This document shows, piece after piece, positions 10,728-23,700 of a stretch of DNA of 64,000 nt (within the stretch, counting starts at the first letter, position 1; each line of letters opens with the position of its first letter). The position numbers and the translations under genes are program-made. The DNA comes from Selaginella moellendorffii (lineage: Eukaryota; Plantae; Lycopodiophyta). Location: positions 996,047 to 1,060,046 of the forward strand of contig NW_003314288.1 of the NCBI RefSeq assembly GCF_000143415.4, written 5' to 3'. The notes under the pieces are model-generated. The model had not been told where the DNA came from. It did not search any database and saw only the letters and a program-made list of their open reading frames with translations.

Positions 10728-12520
10728 ATCTGACTGTGGATGCTCATGCTCAGCTTTGTCTCAAGCTTCTGGAACACTGTCTGCCAAAACTCCAAAGTGA
10801 ACATGGGATCCAGATGACTTACAACATCCTTAGGCAGCCCATGGAGAAATACAGCTGAGTAAGGTCAAAAGCCTTAGCATTCGTCTTCACAAGGAAGAAG
10901 TGAGCCAACATCATCACACAATCCACAACAACCTAGATAGCATCATTGCCTTGAAACGCCTACTATAAAACTCATAGAAAATGCCATCCCACTTCCACTG
11001 AGGTTAACTATGGTAGAGACCTTCATGCTTCTGACAATCCATTGTGACCGCCTGGCCGGTCTAACAACTGTGCACATACTTATCAACACCTGACTTCATT
11101 CCAGGCCAAAATAAATGCATAGCCCGATTCCTCTTGACTAGGAAACCATCTTGTACATCAATGGAAGCACAATTGCATTGGAAGAGGTGTCCCGCTTCAA
11201 AACAACTGCATGTGCCTTCACTACAAAGGAGTCAAAGTCAGCAAGCTCCTTAATTTCATCTAGCAAACCATTGGAGAGCTTCCCAAACAAAATAGAGTTC
11301 ACCATCCTAGACAATGGAGAAACAACTACCTTTACCATCTACTCCTTTTAGAAATAGGAAAATTATCTTAAAGAAAATTTGTAGATCTTGGAAAACCTAG
11401 CAACTATGCTTTAAAAATCATCTTCCGAATTCATGAGTAATCTGAGGTCAAAATTACCCTTTGACTTTTACTTGGGAATCCCCGGTTTTCGTCACCTTAA
11501 ACCCCATAGCTAAAATCTGGTGGTTTGGAATCTGCACATCCATTTCCTGCAAAAACTCCAGTCAATGAGCTAGCCGTCCATCTGGTGAGTAAAAAGAGTG
11601 ACAAGTGGTAAAGTTATCCACATGAAAAATCCAAACCATACAGATAATGCCTCCACTCTTTGACTCCAACAACTACAACATACAACTTTCTATCCCAAGT
11701 TGGCAGTTTAGCTAAGTTGTGTCAAACTTGTGGCTTATGTAGGCAATAGGACAACAGTCTTGCACCAAGACAGCTCCTATACCCTCATCACTAGCCTTGT
11801 TAATGAAAGTATGTGTAGTGGAGGACACTGAGCACTTGACTATGCACAACTCATTGCACAAACAACTGTACAGCTTAGATGAGTTGATACAGTTCTTCTT
11901 CACTCCTTCAGAAAGCTTAGTGACAGCAATGTCAGCTAGAACATGAGTAGATACATTCTCTCCTTGGTCCACACTGACACCCATGGCCTCACTAGGATCA
12001 GAAAGAGAAAAGGACTCATGAGCCATACCCTCTGAATGCATAGACTCCATAGCGTGAGCTATGGAATATATGCAATCATGTATATTCTACAGATATTTGC
12101 TTGTGATAAGCCACAAGTGGCTTATCACAAGCAAATATCTGTAGAATATACATGATTGCTTTAACCGCTCAAATGCTTCTTGACGCTTTCACCCCACACC
12201 AACTAAGCATGCTTGGTGGTGTTTCAAAGAATATCCATCAAAGGAGCAGCAATCAAGGAGAAGTCCTTCACAAACCAGCAAAAGACTCCCACCATACCAA
12301 GGAAACCCATGCATAGTAGGGGGAACAAGCTAGTCAATGACTATCTGAGTCTTTTGAGGATCTTCCTGCACACCATCTCGTGGCACCACATGTCTGAGAT
12401 AGGTGATCTCCTCCAAGAAGAACTCACACTTTGACAGTTTAGAATACAGCTTGTTCTCCCTCAATAGTAGCACATGCATCTCATGTTCCTCCTTAGTCGT
12501 AGGACATCATCAAAGTAGTG
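10728..12520 (-). mobile_element. 5' continuation of the old chromovirus (integrase, RNase H and RT remnants)
   Basis: Joining 5470 to 10733 restores the integrase motif HPQSDGQTK. RNase H ASDEGIGAVLVQ..PIAYISHKF at ~11720-11800. Many stops and frameshifts. Confidence 0.75.
12072..12159. repeat. Perfect inverted repeat (43-bp arms, 2-nt loop)
   Basis: GCAATCATG...GATAAGCCAC, then AA, then GTGGCTTATC...CATGATTGC. Confidence 0.9.
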
Positions 12521-12529
12521 TCTAGCACA

Positions 12530-15500
12530 TAAGATTGCATAATTCTATCAAAAGAACTGTTTGATAATAGTTAGCCTCAGCCATCATATGAAGATCAATT
12601 CTTCTTGGTTGATTTCGTATTATATTGCCATTCGTAGTGATGGAATGATGTACTCAAGTGGTGTTAAAGCTTCAAGGCCGTAAGTGAGCCTGAATGGTGT
12701 CAAATTTGTTGAAACCTTATGTGTGGTTTGATATGCCTATAGGGTATTGTAAATGTGATTGTCCCAGTCTTTCTGATTTATTTTCATGATTTTTATGAGG
12801 ATGTTTTTGAGTGTCTTGTTTGTAGACTCTGCTTGACCGTTAGTATGGTTGAAGCCTTGTGCTAAATAGTGAATTCTTAAGTCAGAATCTTGATGGTTTC
12901 ATTGATGAAGTGTGTTTCTTGATCTGTGATGAGTTCTCAGGTAAGCCATATCTTGTGATGATGTTTTCGTAGATGAACTTTGTTGTGTTCTTTGTTGTAA
13001 GCTTCAGCCCATTTTGTCATGTAGTCTATTGCAATTAGAATGTACTAATTTTACTTGGAGCTTGTCATAAGTGGATCAACAAAGTCAAATACCCATCGTT
13101 GAAAAGGTTTGAGTGGAATTTTTGGATGAAGTTCTTGAGTTTATTTCTTTGGTCCATACTTGGTTTGTTGGTAGATGTCGCATTTTTGACAGAACTTGGC
13201 TTAGTTGTGCCAAAGTGTTGGCCACCAAAATCCTACTTGTAAAAAATTTCGAGTTGCGATTTCTTCAGCGAAATGTCCTCCTACTTGTCCACAGTAGGCT
13301 TCTTCAAGTAGATTTTGTGTTTCTTCTAGGTTTGCACATCATCATAAAATGTTGTCTCTTCCTTGTTTGTACAGTTTTCTTCCCACGACTGAATATGGTC
13401 TTGTCCTCAAGACAAATTGCTTGCACTTGTCAGAGGTTGAATATCGACTTGGTATTGTTGCACAAGACAAGTACTTCGTAGTAGCTTTTGTCTTTCACCA
13501 TCTTGAGTATGATGAAAGTTACCTTAAATTCTTGATCTTTAATCTTGATAGGAATGTTGTGCACGATTCCTAATGGTTGTACACTCTAATCATTAGCCAT
13601 CTTAACGTAGAAGGGTGTAGAGTGGATTGGTTCAAGTCCTATTGCTTTGCAAGTTGAATACTCGATAATGTTGACATTTGCTCTGCCTTTGATGATTACT
13701 TATATAACTTTGTTCTTTCCTATCGTGATTGGGATGCATGGTACATCTTCATCATAGTCACTAAGTTGGATGTTTGCCTTATGGGATGAGTTGTTGGTTT
13801 TTTTCTTGACTTGAGCTGAAGTTTTTTGGTGGAGAAGCTTGACATATCTTGAGAAGTTGTTTTCTCAAGTATGAAGTTACCTGTAAAAGTTCTAAAAGGG
13901 TGAGTGTGATACCTTGTTGAAAAATGTTGGTGATGAGCTTTGTTGTTCCTCTTTTCTTGATAGAGTTTTAATCATAATTTCCTAATCATCTCCTTGCTAG
14001 CTCCTTGCTGTTGTGAGGTAGTAATAAATGTTGTCCATCTAGGTTGGTGATGTGTGGAATCAAAGGATATTGGAGTCAAGAAAGTTGTCCATGTTGTGTT
14101 TGGGTTGTTCATTGGTTGTAATGTAGTTTAGGTGGTCGGCTTGTTCATGTTCTCTTCCAGGCATGTAGATGATCTTAAAGTTGTATTCTTGAAGTAGTAA
14201 GAACCATCGTGCAATTCTGCCAGTGAGGATCATTTTGTTGAGAAGGTGGAGGAAGTTACCAAGTAGGTAGTGTTGAAACTTCTAGAGTGTGTAGATCATT
14301 GCTAGAGCTTCTTTCTTAGTTGTAGTGTAGTTCATTTCGGTTGAGTTGAGTCGTTGACTTGCATAGTAAATTGATCTGTCTTTATGATCTTGTTGTTGCA
14401 AAAGGATCACTTTGAGGGTGTAGTTGGAGGCGTCAACTTGGATGTTAAAGTCTTTGTTCCAGTTTGGTTGAGCAAGTATTGGAGCTTGGGTGAGGGAATT
14501 CTTGAGGTTGATGAAGGCGTTTTGACAATTTTGAGTCCAGTTGTAAGCTTGATTCTTCTTGAGGAATTCAGTGATGGGTTTTGCAATCTTAGTGTAGTCT
14601 CTGATGAATTTTCGATGGTATCCCATCTTTCCGAGGAATGATCAAAGGCTTCAAATATCGAATGGATGTTGTATGTTGGTGATTGTGAGGGTCTTGTCCT
14701 TGTCGATGAGGATTCCTTCTTTGGAAACTATATGTCTGAGTAGAATTCCTGATTTGACTAAGAAAATGCACTTGTCGGGGTTCAATGCAATATTCTGTTC
14801 ACGGCATTTGATGAAGCATTTATCTAAGCATTGGAGATGATCTTCTTTGTTGCTAAAGACACTGAAGTCATCCATAAATACTTGCATAAATTCGGTGAGG
14901 TATTCTCGAAAATTGTCAATGATGATCCATTGAAACATGAATAATGCATTGGAGAGACTGAAAGGCATGCAAAGATAGGCATATGCTCCCTATGGATTGA
15001 TGAAAGCCATCTTGTGTTGATCTTCAAGTGCAATGTGTACTTGATTGTGTCTCCTGAAGCCGTTGAGAAAGGAGTACATCTCATATCCTGCAATTGCATC
15101 AAGAATTTCATCAGAGAATGGAATTGAAAAGGTGTTCTTTTGAGTTGTATTATTGAGCTTCTTATAGTTGACACAAATCCTAAGCTTGTTGTTCTTTTTG
15201 GGGACAATGACTAGTGATGATAACCATATTGGATTTTGTATTGGGAAGATGAATCGAACATTTTCGAGTTTGTCAAGCTCTTCCTTGACTTTGGTTTGTA
15301 TGTTGGGATTTATTCGGTAGGCTGATTGCTTTGTTGGTACCACTTGTGATAGAAGTTCAATCCGATGTGTGTAGAGTTCAGGTGGAATTCCTCGTAAGTC
15401 GGTCTAGGACCAGGTGAAAACATCTTGATAAGTGTCAAGTAGTTGGGTTGCTTTTGCTTTAAAATCTTCATCAAACTCTTGGGCAATGTGAAGTTCTTTT

Positions 15501-17881
15501 GGTTCTTCAGGTGTTCCAAGGTTAATTTCTTGACCTAGTTCTTCAAGGTTGAGTATTGGTGTAAATCATGATCTTTCTTGTCATAGACCTAGTTTTTCTT
15601 AGAGTGGAATTTGTTGATGCGTCGGTTTAAACTATTCAAGTTTGATGCTTGTATGTTCTCATTGTTTTTTCATGTGTGCCGGTGTTGTCTTTTCTTTCAA
15701 ATCTTGGTATTGGAAATCTTCATTTGAAGTGANNNNNNNNNNNNNNNNNNNNNNNNNNNNNNNNNNNNNNNNNNNNNNNNNNNNNNNNNNNNNNNNNNNN
15801 NNNNNNNNNNNNNNNNNNNNNNNNNNNNNNNNAATCTCATTCCATGATCACATATGTATAGTTTGCCTGGTTTGCCAACTTGTGTGGCTTAGGTTGTTGT
15901 ATCAAAAGTCTTGAATATAATCTCAAGGATTTTGATTTAAGCTTAAGTCTTCTATTGCTTGTTTACTTCTAATTTTTGTTGGAATTGTTTCTTCTCTTCT
16001 CTTATTTGTTGCATTTGATCTCGCTTTTGTTTCTTGAGTGGATCAAGGTTGTGTTTGTACATTCAATGTTGTGCTAGAGTTTTCTTGAGTTATCATTTTC
16101 TTGAATTTGCTTTTCTGATTTTGTTGTTGTTGTCTTTGGTTTGTTGTGTTCTTCTTAAGGAAATGTTGTGTAGTTGTAGAATCAAGTGGTGTAGACTAAC
16201 ACGATCTTATGTATTGGTATTTGTATTGCTAAATTGTACTCAACTCAATAAATTTAACTAGTCTTTAACAAAGTCGTTACTTGTCAACTTCAGGATCGAA
16301 CAGGAGTGCATGCTATGGCTACTCTTTTTACGAGTCTTTGTTGTGTTAAATTGTTGTAAAGTAATTGTGGCTTACCTCTAATTATGTTATATAAAGTCAT
16401 GCACATCCTCACTATGAGCGTCCGCATTCTCTAGTGAATGGTGATGTTCAAAAAGTCTGAGCTGAGTAGTGGTTGTACTCTAAGTGTTGTTGTCCTTATA
16501 GTTGTTGTTGATACATGTTTCTAGATTTTTGATTTTGTATTTTTTATCTTCAATCACTGTCCATGCTTTGATTAACTATTATTTTTATTCCCCATCGTCC
16601 CTAGGGGACCTCCACTTGTTAAATCCTTAGTATTTGATTTCTATTTGCTTGGTTGCTTCTTAATAGCTCATTTGATAAATATATATTTTCATTTTCAATA
16701 ATGTAAAGAAGAAATGCAAGTGCTTATTAGTATGGTAGATGGTATACTATTACCAAAAAGAGTTTGGGATAGTTTCCATCAAACTAGACTACCTATTTCC
16801 AACTTACTTGAAATATCAACAAAATAAGAGATTGAGATTTCAATATAATCCCACCCTAAAATTATGTTGTGTAGAGCATTTTGAGGGTCTACAACAAGAA
16901 CTAGTCCCTCAGCCATAATTGCATGTATAGCATCCATTATCTTCACAAGAGCTTTATACCATATACTACAAGTATTTATATCTATAAAAGAACAACTAGA
17001 TTTAGGGATATTCTTGCCTCTGGAAATAATTTTTACTCTCTATCTTCTATGGAAAAACATCTTCATCATTATTCCTTTGTATTCCAATTGTATTTCCCTA
17101 AGAAATTTTGGTAGGAAATATTTCTATTGGAGATATCAGTTGATTCTACTTTTATATAGAAAACCCACTAACATCCAAGTCACCTGTAAGGGGGGAGTAA
17201 TTCGAGTTAAACACCTTAATAATACAAAGCAAAATACATCTAACTCTTAAAGAAGCATAGTGACAAATGCAAGTAGCATCTAGAGATTCTATTCTTCCCT
17301 TTGCAATTGATTTTCCATTATCCCAAACAATCTCTACTACATCTCCTTTAACAACTTGAGAAAACAAAGAAAATTACAAATATCAAAACACAAATAGAAG
17401 GAAAAAAGTAAAGAAAACAAAAGACAAGAAAATAGGAAATTAAAAAACAAAGCTCCTTTTGTGAATATGAGAAAACAAAACATGAAAATATATGGCGAAA
17501 ATAATTTAAAATGCATAAAATAAGCACACACAAAGTCAAAGAATTTCTAGCATGCACTTGCACATTAAAGACCCAATTTAATGTATTGATGAACGAATAT
17601 GAGTTCACAATAAACCAAAGTCAAATTAAGAGAGAACCGATTGGTAAGTGCAAGTTTGTCAAATGACCAGAGAAATTGGGGTACTTAACTTTGAGCAAGC
17701 ATGGCTCACACTCATTTTAAAACCTGTACCGGATTTCTAACACACACTCTCTCTATTTTTTAAAAGCTAGTGTATGGGCTCATGCTTAGCCAAATCAGAT
17801 TTAAGTTTCTCAAAAGAAGCTTGAGATTTCTTGGCGTGCACTTGTACACCTATAGATCAATTTTGGATGACTCTCTCTTGT
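12530..17881 (-). mobile_element. Decayed non-chromovirus Ty3/Gypsy, copy 1 (pol remnants, leader, PBS, partial 5' LTR)
   Basis: RT pieces (LRICVNYKKLN, FMDDFSV), RNase H (VDASNY..IYYAS) and integrase remnants at 12530-15600. PBS-like TGGAGGTCCC at ~16605-16614. LTR runs from 16617 and is cut at ~17881. N gap at 15733-15832. Confidence 0.8.
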
Positions 17882-18737
17882 TGTCGCGAATGCGACTTTG
17901 GGTATCAAAAGTTACCTATCGGCTAATCCTTATGGACACTCTTTCCTTACTACCACGACGGCAGGAGGTCGGTATTGTTGGAGCCTTTATTATAGTCCCT
18001 CTTGTTCAAGTGTTAGTAAACTGGAATTTGCATTTGTATTTGACTAGATGAGCATAAGGACGGAATTCCTAAGTGTCTATTTAGCTAAGCATATTTGGCC
18101 TGACTTTTTTATTCTCTTTTGCTTTGTCTTGCATTAGCTAGACAAGAACCCTTGCGTATTGAGACTAATCCATCATTATTGCTAGATGATAGTTTACCCT
18201 GTTTGCCAAACACCCTCACTATCATGCCCTTTGTATTAGTCTTATTTTGGTCTTAAATGCTATTTATGGTAAGTATCTAGATTCGCTCATTTGGCATATC
18301 TATGGAATGTAGAGATTGTTCTGAACACAATGGTGTTCGTCCCGTGTCCAAATTCGCAATCTAGGGACATTCTATATTTAGTAAGTTTCAAGCTTGTTTC
18401 AGAGACTAACTCCTAATACTAAGGGAGGCTTGGGATGAAAGCCCAAAGCGTGTGTTCCTCACGGGGGAGGGGGGGGCTATGGGGGGTTTCAAATGTATAG
18501 TAGGGATAGTGGGTAGGTTGGGCATGGCCGACCAACCTGAGGCATAATCTAGCTCCTGCTTGCGTGCCTGTCCTTGTTCTACGTTTGGCTTGGGTTTAAG
18601 CCCAAGTTCCACACCATGCTAGCTGGTGGAGTACCTATGTCCTTGCATTAGGCCACCAGTATGCCGAAATAGTGCCAAACTCTGTTTGGCTTTGTTTTGG
18701 ATGCTGGTCCTGGCATTGGGACACTAGTTGCTCTAGG

Positions 18738-18988
18738 GGCCAGAATTTTACCAAAAGGGTGAATGACGACCAGAGAAAGGGGCTCTCTGCAATGACGTGC
18801 TGCCTACCTGAGCAACGTGTGAACGCCACACAATAGGTTTGGGCAGCTTCATTTCTATCTCGACAAACATTTTTGTTCAGACATGCTTAAATCTGAAAAA
18901 ACAAAGTGAAGATCACGCCAAAGAGTTTGGAGTGGAAATCAATCCTAACTGGACTAGAGTTCCAGCTCGAGTTCTTAATCCTCCAAAG
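18738..18988 (+). pseudogene. AGO: Argonaute gene fragment (two exons, PAZ end and L2 linker)
   Basis: Exon A (~18738-18836): GQNFTKRVNDDQRKGLSAMTCCLPEQRVNATQ*. 44-nt GT-AG intron 18837-18880. Exon B (18881-18988, 108 nt): TCLNLKKQSEDHAKEFGVEINPNWTRVPARVLNPPK, then GT. Matches plant AGO GQRYSKRLN...TCQRP and YAxEFGIxI...VxARxLPPP. Confidence 0.85.
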
Positions 18989-20507
18989 GTTGGGTTTACT
19001 AGCAGACCTCATGAAGTAAACAAATAAAAATTCGTAAGTGCAGGTGAGGACCCTAGCATAAATTCAAACTTTTTTTATAAAACCTATTTGCTATTTGTAA
19101 GACATTTTGTTTCTCCTTTTTCTCAATCTATTTTTAATTTTTATCGTGCTTATTGAATAGCCCCCCACTTGATAAGACTTAACACCAATGGGATGCTAGT
19201 TGTTCTAGAACTGTTCCAAGTCGCTCCAGGCTCCTATCCCTTCGCTTTTTGGGCTGTATGCTCGAGAGTTGTTCTGTGGTCCGGTTCGGTCACTCCTTGG
19301 CTCCATGCTTGGGAGTTTGGCACCATACTTTCGTTTAATAGCTCAAGGCCTTGAACTTCAAGTTCTACACCACTGTCCTATAGACATGTGGCATGTGACA
19401 TGTGGCACATAGAGGGTTTAGGTTCCGCTTCGTGGTGTTATCCTATGGTAAATCACCATAGGATAAAGGGTAAAACCCACGTGCACTACATTTGGTATCA
19501 GAGGATGAGTCTCAGCAAGTATTATCCAATGAGATTGGGCAATTAGTCTTGTTAAATACGTAGAGATGAAAATGATAATCCGAGTGGGTACACATTTGGG
19601 TGCAAAGGCTTCACAATCGTTCTTTGGGTATAAAATTTGATTACCTTTTTGTACCTATTATATGAGCTTGCTTTTGGGATTATAAGAGGGATTGAGTTAT
19701 TCCGTTTGCACAAGTTTTTGCTTGTGCTCATGAGTGAGGTGCATTAGCAACTCGAGGTTACATTTTGAGTTGGCAGGATTAATGTTAGCTTATCGATGGT
19801 TCCATGAGTTGTTCCATATACCATGGGTGAAAGTAAACCTCCTTGGGTTTGTTATGAGTGGTAAATAGGCTGGTCTATAGCTGTTTAGCATGGCACTAGT
19901 GGATCCTTCCTAAGCATGATTATGAGTGGATCAATCAAGATTGTAGGGATTAGTCTATTGGTTCAAGTAATCATTGTCATGCTTTCTCAAACTTTTCTTG
20001 GATTGGATTGAAGGCAATGCGAATGCAAGCTTGAGGTTTAGTTAAAGATGAGACCAAAAAGAAAGTCGTCAGGGATGAAGGATCAAACACGTAAATCATT
20101 TTCTCCTCTTGGAGAGATGATTTGCAACGAAATGTGACTCATTGCTCGTGTTCACATTATGCAATTAAGAGTCCCTATCTTGATGCATGTTGGAAATGAT
20201 GGTCTTGCAAATAGTGAATCGTGGGATGGATAGTGGTGAAGCGTTAAACCATTTTGTTTAGGCTTGTTGTTGAAGATTTGGGTTACAATGCTCAATTCTT
20301 TTCTAGGGAACCTTGCCATTGCTCCTTAAGTAACTTGGTGTTGAATTAATTTTGAATTTGGTCAGAAAAAGAGTGGCATAAGCTTGTTCGTGTTGTGAAC
20401 AAAAGTTAGTAGTGTTGGGTGTTGTAAATCTCTATTGGTGGAGTGTGGCACTTATGTTGCATTTTGTCGAGTCGAGTTGACACTTGATACTCACATAAAC
20501 CTTTGTA

Positions 20508-20794
20508 ATGCTTTATTTCGTTAAAGTGGAACTTATTTAGTAAAGTGGGACATTAATTAGCATGTGTCCACATGCCATTTCCTAGTACTTAATTAATATT
20601 TATTAATATTTCTATCAGTTTTTTAATTTATTTTTTATATTTCACAATATTATAACACAAAATCATATGAAAAGTTTTTAATTTATAAATTATAAAGCTA
20701 AAACTTTAATTTTTTATTGTTGTTATAAAAATGGCATGTGGCCACACACCATAAGTGGGATAATGAAAAGTTCCACTTTAACGAAATAAAGCAT
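20508..20794. mobile_element. 287-bp MITE related to the Sola-like element at 38425-50776
   Basis: Perfect 27-bp TIR ATGCTTTATTTCGTTAAAGTGGAACTT. 4-bp TSD TGTA (20504-20507 and 20795-20798). Empty site visible in the tandem duplicate at ~23021-23036. Confidence 0.92.
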
Positions 20795-23700
20795 TGTAGT
20801 AGTGACATGTGCATTGCTCATAGTGTTTCTCAATTGATGATCAAATCATTGTGATATTTATATCATATCTATGTGATTGTGAGTAATGTGTTTACGAAGT
20901 TGCTTGGTTAAACGATGATCAACCCTAAAGTGGTTAATAGTCTACTTACATATAGTAGCATTGTAGTAGCTTTGACTAGATTTTCAATAGTGGTCCATTA
21001 TGCTAAACTTAAGTTAGTATGTTGTTTTCTAAGTTCTTTGAGTTTGCCCATGGAGGTGTTGTAAAAAGGTTATAGCATTAACTTGCTATGGCTTGTTGGT
21101 TTATCTATTAGCACTTAGAGTAGATTGTTGGATAGAAAATATGTAATTAAGGCATTAACATCGCTAGCACTTGTGTTAATGGAAGTGGCATTGTTGTTCG
21201 AGTGATGAGGAATTTTCCTTGGAGCTTAATTTTCCATGTCATTTTTCTTGTTAATGTTTTTGGTTTCACATTGGATCTTGAAAGTGATTGAAGAAAAGTG
21301 TTAGTGCAATATGGATATCCGAAGTTGTGTCTTCGTGATCAAGCCTTGGATGTTCATTTTGCAGTTTGCAGATGTCGGTGTTGGATGACGGATATATAAG
21401 CAAAGAAAATCAGGCTTAAGCATACTATAGATCATGAGAATTTGTGTTAAGGTGAACTTATGTGAAGTTATTAGTAGGAGGAAGTTGGTTGAAGTCTTGA
21501 AAGTTTGCATTCCTGGATTGAGAGTCATTCTTTCTCTAAAATGGTAAATTTTTCGCAAATTTTCTTAGACTTTTCCAATGGTTGATCTATTATCACTTTG
21601 TCTGAAAACCATTCTATTTTTGCAAGCCAATACAAACTAGTGAAGGGGTTAGAGTTGACTTTGGCTAGCCTAAACCTTAGTAAATAGTTTGTATGATGCA
21701 ATCCAAAAGGGATGATGACTTTTGAGGATAAAGCAATTGAGTAAGATAGAGTCTGGAATTGGTGTAGAAAAATGGCCATTGTGCTTTTCTAGAAAGGTGA
21801 CACTTGTGCCTTTCTTCTATAGCATTGTGCTTAGTGGCAGGTTGCACCTTGTATTTGGTTAAACTCTATGAGTTGAGATGTTGGTACCTATACTATAGCT
21901 TTGTTTATGAGGAGGTTGTGTACTAATATGAATCTATCTCATAGTCTTCATTTTAGTTTCGACTAAGTGTTGATCATGCATAGCTAGCCTCTTCAAGGCA
22001 TGCTCAGAACTATTGGCAAAACGCATTAGTGAGCTTATTGCGGCAAAGTTGGATTCAAGTGGTTATTTAGTTTATGCTTGTCCATAAACCTTTATCTCAT
22101 ATCTGAAGTATTACGTTCATGTTGAATGAGTATATGACTAGATGATATGGATTTTAGTTACTTTTTTGTACCATATTATATGAGCTTGCTCTTGGGCTCA
22201 TAGGATGGACTGAGTTGTTCCGTTTGCACGAGTTTGCGCTTGGGCTCGTGAGTGAAGCACATTAGCAACTCAAGGTTACACTTTGAGTTGGCAAGATTAA
22301 TGTTAAGTTATTAGTGGTTCCATGAGTTATTCCATATACCGTAGGTGAAAGTAAACCTTCCCTGGGTTTGCTATGAGTGGCAAATAAGCTGGTCCATAGC
22401 TATTTAGCACGTCATTAGTGGATCCTTCCTAGGCATGATTACAAGTGGATTAACCAAGATTATAGGGATTAGTCTATTGGTTCAAGTAATCATTGCCGTG
22501 CTCTCTCATAAACTTTTCTTGGATTGGACTGAAAGCAGTGCGAAAGCAAGCTTGAGGTTTGGTCAAAGTAGAAACCAAAAAGATAGTTGTTAGGGACGAA
22601 AGATCAAACACGTAAATCATTTTCTCCTCTTTGAGAAATGATTTGCAATGAAGTGTAACTCATTGTTCGTGTTCACATTATGCAATCAAGAGTCCCTACC
22701 TTGATGCATGTTGGAAATGACAATCTTGTAAGTGGTGAGTCATGGGATGGATAGCGGTGAAGCGCTAAGCCATTTTATCTAGGTTTGTTATTGAAAACTT
22801 ATGTTACAATGCTCAATTCTTTTTTGAGGAACTTTGCTATTGCTCCTTGAGTAGCTTGGTGTTGGATTAATTTTTAGTTTGGTTGGAAAGAGAGTGGAAT
22901 AAACTTGTCCGTGTTATGAATAAAAGTTAGTGGTGTTGAGTGTTGTAAGTCTCTATCGGTGGAGTGTGGCATTTATGTTGCATTTTGTCGAGTTGAGTTA
23001 ACACTTGATACTCACGTAAACCTTTATAGTAGTGACATTGGCGTTATCTGTGGTGTTGCTTGATTGATGATTAAGTCATTATGATTTTATGTCATATCCA
23101 TGTAATAATAAGCAATGTGTTTACGAAGTTGCCTGGTTAAATGATGATCAACCCCAAAGTGGTTGATGGAGAAGCTAGTCTACTTACATATAGTAGTATT
23201 GTAGTAGCTTTGACTGCATTCTCAATGGTGGTCCATTATGCTAAGCTTGAGTTAGTATGTTGTTTCCTTGAGGGTTTGCCCATAAGGTGTTGGAAAATGG
23301 GTTATACCATTCATTTACTATAGCTTGTTAGTTAATCCATTAGCACTTGGAATAGATTGTTGGATGGAGAAGGTGTGTAGTTGAGGCATTGACATCGCTA
23401 ACACTTGCGTTAGTGGAAGTTTCATTGTTAATTTAAGTAATGAAGATTTTCACTAGAGCTTGATTTTCCATGTCATTTTTGTTGTTAGTGTTTTGGCTTC
23501 ACATTGGATCTTGAAGGTGGTTAAAGAAGAGTGTTAGTGCAATGTGGATATCTGAAAATATAATCTTCGTGATCAAGCTTTAAATATTCATTTTGCATTT
23601 ATGGATCTCGGTGTTGAATGTTGGAAATGTGGGCAAAAGATATTCAAGGCTTAAGCATACTATAGGTCATGAGAATTGGTGTTGAGATGAACCTATGTGA

